This document shows positions 12,151 through 22,452 of a stretch of 64,000 bases of DNA, piece after piece. Under the pieces are notes generated by a model, which saw only the letters and a program-made list of their open reading frames with translations, made no database searches and was not told where the DNA came from. Within the stretch, counting starts at the first letter, position 1. Every line of letters begins with the position of its first letter. Made by a program: the position numbers and the translations under genes. Source of the stretch: the human T2T-CHM13v2.0 reference genome, Homo sapiens; NCBI RefSeq assembly GCF_009914755.1, contig NC_060940.1; one strand, 5' to 3'.

Positions 12151-13169
12151 ATGCATTATTTTTTCTCAAACCTGTGGTTGCCAAACTACCTAGTGAGTCT
12201 CCAAAACTAACATTAGATGTGAATTCACATAGATGTTTACTATCATTGAAGGACATTAGCACTTACTTCAACCAGGTAAGATCCATTGTTTGTTATAGTC
12301 AGCCCATGGACCCCAGGGGCTTTTTGTTTGTTTGATTTTTTCCAAAAGCAATGTGCCTTTTTTTGGTTGCCATCTTGTCAATTTATAACTTTCATTGAGA
12401 AAAAAAATGGAAAGTAATGAAAGGTAGGCAAATCAATTATGTCACTTAACCTGTGTGAGGCTTTTTTTCCCAACTTATTTCTTAGAAGAAAGTGTTTTAG
12501 CACTCACTTCTTATTTTAAAATATGGAATGTTTAAGTAACTTGATTAAGATAATACAAATAAGTAGAAGGCCAAGGGCTTGATTCATGACCTCGTCCTAC
12601 CTCTTTCTGATGATATTTGCATTATTGAATGTTGCTCTCAATTATTCTGCAGCATTTTTTCTTGGGAAATATAGTACCCAGTGATCGTGTCACCCTGATG
12701 GATTATATAGGTAGAGTTTATGCACACTTTGTAAGTCTAATATGGCAAGAAAGTACTCTCCTTTGAAAAAGAAATTACTGAGTTACTAATTTAAAATTTT
12801 ATGATCTGGTGCCAGAGCTATAATAACAGTGAAATTTTCAGGCTAAAGCAAAATCATGAGGGCAATAATTGCGTCATTTTCAAGATAGTAGGATATTTCA
12901 AAAGCCTCAAGCCACATGTACTTTACTTTGATCACATAAATGTTGAAAAGTTTTACCCTGCTATGCACCAGCACAACCATTCGCTATCTCAAGCCTTATC
13001 TCTGCCCCTCTTTTTATTTTAGAAACCGAGCTTTAGGTGATATTTAGTGTTTCCACAAATAGGGCTCTGTGTTGTCTTTGTTTGTCATGTGCCCTTTTGC
13101 CTTGCAGGCTACCACTCAACCCGTCCTTCATTCATTAAGCAGATGTGTTTGTTTTAACTAGTTGTGTTC

Positions 13170-13740
13170 TGTTTTTTGTTTTTTAGATGCAATGCAACTG
13201 TAACCCAACTCTAAAAGTATTTAAAAGTAATGGGATTTATTTCTTATAAATAATAAGTCTGGAGGTAATCAGGATCCAGAGTTGATTAAAATGGGTTGAT
13301 TCAAAGGATATTCTCAAGGAGTCAGATTTATACCCCTTTCCACTATACCTACGGAGAATATACTAAAGATAGAAAAATATTTTCAGGGTCCCAAAATGGC
13401 AGTCCTAGTTGCAAGTGCTATATGCTATGAATAAGGAATTATTACTTTGTTGTTGTTACACTAAAGGAGTAAGAAAAACCTTTTACAAAAGTCCCTCAGC
13501 AACCTCTCCATTATGTCTTATTATCCAGAATCATGTTACATGCCCAGACCTAAATCTATCATTGATCAAGGAAATGACCCCACCCTGATTGACTTAGAGA
13601 AAATCTAATTTACCAGCTGGAACTGGGGCTGGAGCTAGAACTGTCTCTTCTGAACACTTTGAACCTATCGTACTTCAAACAAGAAAGAAGGTGAGGTAGA
13701 ATGGAGATTGTGGATAGTTATTTGGATAGGTAACCAAACT
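13170..13740 (-). mobile_element. Old MaLR LTR (MLT1J/K/L-like)
   Basis: aagtctggaggta, ccaaaatggcag, ttatccagaatcatgttacatgccca, ctgattgacttaga. Confidence 0.65.
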
Positions 13741-13769
13741 TCTTTGCCGCTGCATTCTCCAAATTTAAA

Positions 13770-14030
13770 TGAAGATGTTAAATTTTCTGTGAAGTCTTCT
13801 CTGGTCAGGCCAGAGAAGGTTGATAATTTCCCTTTCTGCACTATATCTGAACCTTGTACATACTTTATTTTAATTATCCTATTACACTGCACAAAATAAA
13901 ATTAAATGGGAGTCTCCCCTAGCATTAGCAAACTCCTTATGAAAAAGAGAAGTGTTTTATTCATCTTCATAGCCATAACATCTAACAATGATTGGCTCAT
14001 AATTGGTTCTCAATGAATGTTTATTAAATA
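13770..14030 (+). mobile_element. L2 3' end
   Basis: tctgtgaagtcttctctg ... tggctcataattggttctcaatgaatgtttatt. Confidence 0.65.
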
Positions 14031-15621
14031 TAATTGGAAAGTAAATTCTATTCATAAATATAATCATTTCTAAATTCAATACATCATTTATGATAATATT
14101 TAAAAATAATATTTTACTTTGCTTACAAGAAAGAATCAGCACTAGGCAAACATTATAAATGATAGTTAAGAAATTGAAGCTACATGGAAAAACTACAAAG
14201 TGAAAAGAGAAAAATAATTATATATTAGAACCTATAGTAGAAAGATGCATAGATGTGCTAATACAAGTATAATAAAATATTAATAGAATTCAGGTGGTAG
14301 GTTCAGGTGTGTTCACTGTAAAATTTTTTTCAACTTTTCTTTGACATCTTTTCATAATAAAATCTTAGAAAATAAAATTATTGAAACCGTTCCTTGGTTA
14401 TAATTGTGTTAACTATTTTGGGAAAATGTTAAAATAAAACAAGAAAATATAGAAAAGATAAATGAAGTCAATTGAGGAGGTAATAGGGTTTTATTTTTTC
14501 TCTTCCTTGCAATGATTGTTACAATGTGCTTTGGACAAGGCAATTTTATATTGGAAAAATAGAGACCACATTGAAGTGGAGTTGTAATAGAATCTGGAAA
14601 TAAAAAAATATATTATGGTTAAAACTAATATCTACATAAAAGTCTACATTTTAGATTGTATATTTAGCAACACATAATAATGTAATACATTAATCATATA
14701 GAGAAACACCAAATCGCATTTATAAACCAAGACATAACATCTGATTCTAATCATTTTATATTAAAACAAAAAGTCATGAGTATGAGAAAATATAAGAACA
14801 AAACGGGTGTGGAATATGCTCACTATTTCCAGTGTGTTTTTTATTCTTAATTCAGCTTTTATTATATGAAACACTCAAAGTATTTTTATTTCGTAACTAT
14901 CATGTAGTGTATTCCAGTCACTATGCCCTTCTAACTTTGAACTGTGTCAAAAATTCTCCATCTGCCGGTAACCAAGGAAAGAATGAACTTATTCAATAAG
15001 GTTGAGCAGTGTAAACTCTCCTCTATTACTACTTTTTTATCTTTTCTAATATGAGACTGACATCCAGCCAGTATCAACTCTATTTAATTCTCTCCGGTCT
15101 ATTTATTCACTGATGGCACGTATACCTTTGCACCTAAGAGCCAAGTATAGAATTTACTGACACCTGGAAAGCAGATGTGTCCAGCTAATGGAGTCTCCCT
15201 TCTGCTGACCGTGACCTCTCCCTTATGAAGGACACATTTCTGCAGCTGAGACTCACCTCGAAGGTGAAAGGAAGCCCCTTCTGTGAAGGAAATAAGACTG
15301 ATAATGAGTAAGTGACACCACCATAAAATTAGTGCCCCAATTAACAGATTAATGACAGTGTTGTAGGATTTGGCTTACTGAGAAAACTTAGTACAAAGAG
15401 AAGAGTAAATTCACTCGGAATCAAGATTGTCCCTAACACCAAAGAAAATACTTTTCATTTTGCTTTATAATTTAACTGTCTCTTATTCATTTGGATATGT
15501 ATGTCTTTCCATTAGTGTGTTTGTAATTATAAATATGCACTTATAACCAGCACACACATATATGTTTATATGAGGGGAGAGTGAGACAGAGTGTTGTTGC
15601 TGCTGTTGGTAATGAGGATGA

Positions 15622-16577
15622 TTACATTATGTTCCTGTTGCTGATGTGAAGGTTACCACAAATTTCATGTTCTAAAACAATGTACATGTAGTATTTTAGG
15701 TTCTGGAATTCAGAAGTATGAAATAGGCCTTTGGCTAAAATCAAGGCTGTCCTTGATGTTAGCAGGGAAGTGTTCCTTCTAGAGCCTCTAGGAAAAAAAT
15801 CCTTTTGCCTGTCTTTCTCAGTTTCTAGAGGCTGCCCTCAGCCCTTGGTTCATAGCCTCCTTCCATCTTCAAAGTCAACAATGGCTCAGAGAGTTTGTCA
15901 ACATTGTATCACTCAGACACTTACTTTTCTGCTTCCGAATTCCGCATTTTAAAAAAACATTTAAAGACCCAATTTTGATTACATTGGGCCTAACCCAGAT
16001 GATCCAGGATAGTCTTTCTCCTTTAAAGTCAGATCTTTAATGTATTAGTCTTTTTTGTATTGCTATAAAGGAATACTGGAGACTGGGTAAGTTATAAAGA
16101 AAACAGGTTTATTTGGGCTCATAGTTCTGCAGACTATAAAAGGAGCATAGTGCTAGCTAGTATCTGCTTCTAGTGAGGGTCTCAAGAAGCTTACGATCAT
16201 GGTGGAAGGCAAAGGGGGAGTGAGCATGTCATATGGCGAAAGAGGGAACAAGGAAAAGTGGGGACAGGGTGCCAGGTTCCTTTAAGCAATCAGCTCTTTC
16301 ATGAACTCATAGAATGAGAACTCACTCATTACCATGTGGGGGTCACCAAGCTATCTTTGAGGGAGCTGATTTGCCTCTATGAGCCAAACACTCCCCCAAG
16401 GCCCCACCTCCAACATTGTGGACCACATTTCAACGTGAGATTTGCAGAAGACAAACATCCAAAATACGTCAATTAGCAAATTCACTTACCTTTTCTATGT
16501 AACATGACATATTCACAGGTTCCAGAGGTTAGGATGTGTACATGAGGGAAAAGGAGGCCATTATTCTTTTTACTCCA
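15622..16577 (-). mobile_element. MLT1D-like MaLR LTR interrupted by MSTA
   Basis: gtttctagaggctgcc, gattacattgggcctaacccagatgatccaggata; resumes after MSTA with atattcacaggttccagaggttagga. Confidence 0.85.
16041..16471 (-). mobile_element. MSTA MaLR solo LTR nested in MLT1D
   Basis: tgtattagtc...attgctataaaggaatac...gaagcttacgatcatggtggaaggcaaagggggag...ggccccacctccaaca...acaaacatccaaaatacgtca. Confidence 0.9.
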
Positions 16578-17129
16578 GTGATTGATACAGATTGTTAGTT
16601 TGTATCTTACTCTTCTTTCCTTCTCTCCAGGGAATGTGATTTGCTAATTATTGACTATGTGACTATGTGTCAGGTAATTTACTGAATGCTGGACCTATAG
16701 TTACTTCTCTACCATATTCTCTTTCATGAGATAAATAATTTTAAAATATAACTTACCCCTTCAACAAATAAGAAAACTGAGATCCTGAGGGCTAGAATAT
16801 TTCCAATGACAGAATGATGATTTTTGTTTAAATCTCTTTAACTATAAAACCATCCCATATGCTGGAATCATGACATCTTACCCCTACTAGCCTAGAGAAA
16901 AAAAAACGATTTCCCAAATCTTGTGAACTCTGAGATTTGAAAAGAATAAGAAAAACAATGCAAACACATATGGACATCTTCAGCAATCACAGAGATAATG
17001 AAATCTCTGGAACACATTTATATGAAAAAGATAGCCTCTGATTAGTAGAGAGCCAAGTTGAAAATGCTTTTTGTCTCCTTTAACGCTGCTGTCGGGAAAT
17101 TTCTGCAATTGAACTAGTATCCCAATTAT

Positions 17130-17640
17130 TAATTCATTCAACAGTATTTATTAAGCTTGACTATGCATCAAGCACAGCACCAGTGTGTAGGAACAAAATG
17201 GTGGGCCAAAACTTGTCTAGTCTCTGTCTTTGTAGAGCCAATGATTGAACTGGGAAAACAAAAATTATTTAAATAGCCTAATACATAGACATTAAGTTCC
17301 AACCCTGATAAATGACATAAAAGGGCTAGACATGAAAGCACAATAAATAGGTGATTCATCAAATTATATGGTGGAGCAGATAAAGAAAGATGTCCATAAC
17401 ATGAATTGTAAGGCTAGGCAGGAGGTAATCAGGCTAAGACAGGAAGGTAGAGCTTTACACTTGAGAGAACAGAGTGGACAAAAGGTCTTGGTGGTGAAGG
17501 GAATTTGATATTATCAATTTAGGAAACTATTGTGGATGGAGGACATAAAAAAGTGGCAGGGGATGGGGAATAAACATTATGCAAGATCATTTGGGAAAGG
17601 TAGGCATGAGGTATGTCATGCAGGCTATACCACTGTTCCC
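17130..17640 (-). mobile_element. L2 3' region
   Basis: attcattcaacagtattttattaagc...ctatgcatcaagcacag, then L2-like continuation. Confidence 0.7.
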
Positions 17641-18854
17641 TCCCTAGGAAACACAATTTAGTACCAGAAAGGCAGGTTTGCACTCAGCACAAAAGTGTTT
17701 AAGGGTAGGAGGAGGGTCGTGAGCATTTCACCGCAAGGTGATTTTACTTCCAAGACAGTGTTTGAGGAAAATCTATGCTGCTGTCTGTGCTAGGTGAGAC
17801 CCAGCCTTTCATTGGTAACCATCTGGTATACCAGATTCAGAGCAAGACTCTCATCATTTTAGATCATTCTATTAAGTGAAACCTGAAAAACATGTGCTCC
17901 ATCCCATGATGCTGAGCTCTGTGTTTGACATGGTTGCTCTCCAGGGAGAGTGGGCCTCCAGGGGCATCAGAAGAGGCCATATTAATCACTTAGGTGATTT
18001 ACAGCTGTTGTAACATAACGGAACCCCAGAGCCTTACAGAGTTAGCTTTCAGCACATTTAAGGAGGAAAATGATGGTAATTAAAAATGGCATTTCTAATT
18101 AGGAAGAGGTTAATTAGTGAGAGGCTGGAAGGACTGAGGAGCTGAGGTCTCCCATTTCCCAATCTGTGGCTCCCTTGCAACTGACTTTAGTGCTGTCTAC
18201 TTCTCTCTTGCCTACAGGGTAGCGATGGACTTGGGGGCACGCTTGCTTCTTCAATGTGTAGAGCAGCAATATAACATTTGATAAGGAAAGTATCTGATGT
18301 CTTAAAATCTGTCACAGTGTTTGATATAAAAAGCATAAGAATATGAATGAACTCCTCGGTCAACTCTAGGTAAACACATTTACAAGACCCAGGAAAGTAA
18401 GAAAAATAGGCTTTTGAGGATCCAAGATTGCTGATGCACTTTACTTCACTTCTCAGCCTCTCTCAGAACCTATTTATGCACATTTTATAGACAATCAAAA
18501 CTGTTGTGATTATATTGAGTAGCAACATAAAAGTGACACCAGATTAGCAAGAGAGATAAATGACTACTACCAGATACTCTGACAGTTGGGAGAAGTGAGA
18601 GTGATAGACAAAAATAATTGAGAATAAATACACAAAAATCAAAATAGAAACTAAAATTGAAAAGTAAAAACAAAAAAGTAAAACTTAAAGTAGAATGAAA
18701 ACTTATTTGTATGCCAATAAGGCAGGCAGTGGATATGCATATACCTTTTGGCACATAGTTACACTAATAATCTATGCCTAACTTTGTCTTTTCAAGATGA
18801 TTCAAGATTATCATTACATTTATTTTCATCTGTTTAATTACACATACTTGACTA

Positions 18855-19001
18855 CCTTCCTCCTCCTCCTCCTCTTCTTCTTCTTCTTCTTCCCCTTCTC
18901 CTTCTTTTTCTTCCCCTTCTTCCCCTTCTCCTTCTTTTTCTTCCCCTTCTTCCCTTTCTTCCCCTTCTTCCCCTTCTTCCTCTTCTTCCTCTTCTTCTTT
19001 T
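18855..19001. repeat. 147-bp pure C/T tract: (CCT)n, (CTT)n, 9-mers and a perfect 30-bp duplication
   Basis: Directly visible; 18891-18920 is identical to 18921-18950. Confidence 0.95.
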
Positions 19002-19279
19002 AATTGAGACAGAGTCTTGCTGTCACCCAGGCTAGAGGGCAGTTGCACGATCTTGGCTCAGTGCAAGCTTCAGCTCCCAGGTTCAAGTGATTCTCCTGCT
19101 TCAGCCACCCTGGGATTACAGGTGTGAGCCCTCACACCAGGCTAATTTTTTGTATTTTTAATAGAGATAGGGTTTCACCATGTTGGCCAGGGTGGGCTCA
19201 AACTTCTGATCTCAAATGATCCACCCACCTTTGCCTCCTGAAGTGCTGCAATTACAGGAATGAGACACTGACCCCGGTC
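18860..19279 (-). mobile_element. AluS-type SINE whose tail is replaced by a pyrimidine repeat
   Basis: Alu body at ~19004-19279; degenerate TSD acttgactaccttc (18846-18859) / acttggctgtcttc (19280-19293). Confidence 0.93.
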
Positions 19280-20059
19280 ACTTGGCTGTCTTCTTAATCT
19301 TCAAAAGTTTAATACATCAAAAGAGTATGCATTTTTGTGTGTGTGTTCCATGTGTGTGCGATGTGACATATGACTGCATGTTCTCTTAAATATCAAAATT
19401 TGTCAAAATAGAAGACTAATTCCCAAGCATCCCCCTTTCTTCTGATGAGTAAATTTTAGGTAGCATAAGTTGCTTTACGCTATCTAAGGCATCTTTAATT
19501 CTCCAAAAGACATACAAGTTTAAGAAATTATAATGTTACAGTTCAATGAACATTTATGCTACTTAGAAAGAGTTTTTTATTTTTTAAATATTGCACTGAG
19601 CCCTGTAGAAGTAACTTGACGGCCCATTGAGGAATTTGGTGGGGAGGAAAGAAAGTCCCCATTTACTTGTGAACCAAAACAGTTCTGACCGTATCTGTTT
19701 ATGTAATCACCCTCTATGTAATATCTAATTGAGAAAAAGAGTTCCAATAATTGTTTTGAAAAGTATTTGAGCTATTGTTTAAGAGAAATAAAATCTGTCA
19801 TAGATTTTAAAACATGTTATGTGTCGGCTGCTTTATATCCATTATCTTAGATAACAATTACTACAATCTTTGCCAGGAATGACAATCTATTTTCAGATGA
19901 AGAAACTGAGGCATAGAGATTAAATGCTTTGTTGAATGTTAGTCTACTCTATCAGGTGGAGCTACAATAGAAAATTTATCATTTATGTCCTTTTGAGTCC
20001 CAAACCATTCTTAATGATTAAGTTTATAAATGCCTTCATGTATGTTTAGTAAAGAGAAA

Positions 20060-20573
20060 CTAAGAAGGAAGGAGTCAAGTGAATTCAAATTTCATGCAGT
20101 GGCTCCATGCTATCAAAGAATGGGGTCTTTTTATGACAGTAATAGTCCAAGCTTAGGTATGACTCTCATGCTTAGGCTGATTGCCTAGAAATACCAAGAA
20201 TGCTGCATGACCTACAAACACCACTTCCTCAAGCAAATATGTTCAAAACAGGGAAAAAGGAGAAGAGGTGTTTTAAGTAGTCATTTTCCACATATGTGTT
20301 TTTCTTGCCAACTTGAAAAATTTCCTCCAGAAATCCTCATAGAATATACCACCTTCATTATATGAACCCAAACTGTGTCATTAGGCCACCCCTATCTGTA
20401 AGAAAGAATAGTAAAGGAGACTAAGATTGCTATGTCATACTTACACCCATTATGATTTATTCTTACTTTCATGGAACATTTTTCAAATTAGTGCCTGATT
20501 TATATCAGATTATGTTGTCAAGAAATAAGGAGGGAAATGGCTGTTGAGTAGGCAGCCAATAGCATCTGCCACA
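20060..20573 (-). mobile_element. Old MaLR LTR (MLT1K/L-like)
   Basis: aactgtgtcattaggccacccct ... ggaaatggctgttgagtaggcagccaatagcatctgccaca. Confidence 0.7.
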
Positions 20574-21084
20574 AGGACATATTCTGCATTAGACCTGTAT
20601 TTTTCAAGGTTACTATGGAAGCAAAGTGAGTATGTCTCAGTTACCTAATATTAGTTACTGTGCAGGATGCAGGCTTTCACAAAACAATTAATGCAATTCT
20701 AATTTGCACTCTAATAAGGTGTCCTGTTGCTCTAGAAGAGTTAGCTGCAATAACATAAAACATTCCAACATAACGTTCTATCATATGATATAGGATAATG
20801 CCATGTGTTACAATAATGATTATTATAAAACTTATTAAACCATTTAATCATTTAGACATATATATAGAGGGAGATGATACACTGATATATACTTTTCACC
20901 TTGCCCTCCATAGTCCAATAAAGATCTCCATTTCTTATATAACCAACTCTCATATAATTGAACTAAAGCTTGAAATAAAACTGATATATTCACTGCATCT
21001 TAATAGACTCTTAAATTTTCTTAGGTACGATAGAAGAACTAGTTGTATCTGCTGTCCTAAATTAATGAATTTTCAGCATTCTAG

Positions 21085-21690
21085 AAGAAGGCAGTTTAGA
21101 GTAATTAAGGGGAGCTTTGTACAGTTAGAATGCCAGGCTCCAACCCTTCGATTCACCACCTAATGACTGTTCACATGGTCAAGATGTTGCACCTCTCTGA
21201 GCCTTAGTTTTTGGCTATAAATTGGAAATAATAGTAATGATACTTAATCTCATTTTATGGTGATTAAATGAGCTACACCTATAATGCTTTTAGCAGAATG
21301 TCTTCAAGGAAAGTAGGTTCTCACCACATACAAGTTACATGTTCTAAAATATAAAACACTTGGAATTACAAGATGACTGTCAATTGATACTGGGAGACGA
21401 GACAGTGCAGTAGAGTGATTATGAGTGAAAATCTTGAGTTTAAGTAGCTATAGATTCCATCACCCTCTCTGCTACTGTTATTTCAGTAGCATTCATTAAT
21501 TTACTCAGATTTTCTAAGACTCAGTTTTCAAATTTGTGGAATGAGCAAAATGACCATACCTAGTTCATAAGGATTATTATTAGTTATTATTATTAGTTAT
21601 TGCAAGGATTAAATTAGTGATTTTATGCAGTGTAATTAAAACGATCCTAATGTAGAAAAAGCACTCAGTAAGTATTTGCTGCTATTATTT
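21085..21690 (+). mobile_element. Two tandem MIR copies (~21085-21330, ~21395-21690)
   Basis: cctctctgagccttagttt, ctcagttttcaaatttgt...aatg, aagcactcagtaagtatttgctgctatt. Confidence 0.7.
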
Positions 21691-22326
21691 ACATTAGTGA
21701 AAAATAGAAGTTATAGAGAACATTTTATTAGAGAAAGTTAATGAAGCGTTCTTCTCTCTTCTAGGCCAAGTGACAACCTTCTAAGAAAAACTCACAGAAC
21801 TGGAATTTGGAAGGCAAGTTATGGTATCTCAAACGTGTGAGTAAAAACAAACTAAAAATGAGAACCTAACAAACTAAGTAGTAGTAGAACAAAAGCAGGG
21901 GATTGAGAGTAAGCTCCGCTGTAGACTTTGCTTCACTGTAGGTGGGTTTTGCGTGAGCCGGATCCATCTCACCTTGAAATGGATCCAGCCTAAGAGTGCT
22001 ATGCAAATAACCAAGGTGACTGAGCCTGGGAGTCTATAAGTGGGTTTAATAAGCTGCCATCTGGGGAACTGCAGTTGGGGTCCAGCATATGGTCTAGGGA
22101 AATGCTAAGGAACCAAAAAATAATAATTCATCTTAGAAAGAATCAGTGAATGTTTGCCAAATTAAGAAGTTTTTAATGTAAATTATAAATGCTGACATAA
22201 GAATGTGTTGGCCCCTTTCTTCCCCACCTCTCAGTTCTGGCATAGAAATAATCAGCTGCCTAAAAATGAGGGTGGGAGAAGGGAGTGAAAAAGCAAAACA
22301 AGGTAAAATAACAGCTTTTAAACAAA

Positions 22327-22452
22327 GAGTTAGTGGGTGCAGCACACCAGCATGGCACATGTATACATATGTAACTAACCTGCACATTGTGCACATGTAC
22401 CCTAAAACTTAAAGTATAATAATAATAAAAAATAAAAAATAAAAAAAATAAA
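22327..22452 (+). mobile_element. Very short 5'-truncated young L1 (L1PA2/3-like)
   Basis: gagttagtgggtgcagcacaccagcatggcacatgtatacatatgtaactaacctgcacattgtgcacatgtaccctaaaacttaaagtataat plus A-tail; inserted at tttt/aaa. Confidence 0.93.

Noticed and set aside
18764-19048. Glu/Gly-rich 94-aa ORF superficially like RPGR ORF15
   Set aside because: It is simply the translation of the purine strand of the Alu-tail repeat plus Alu sequence
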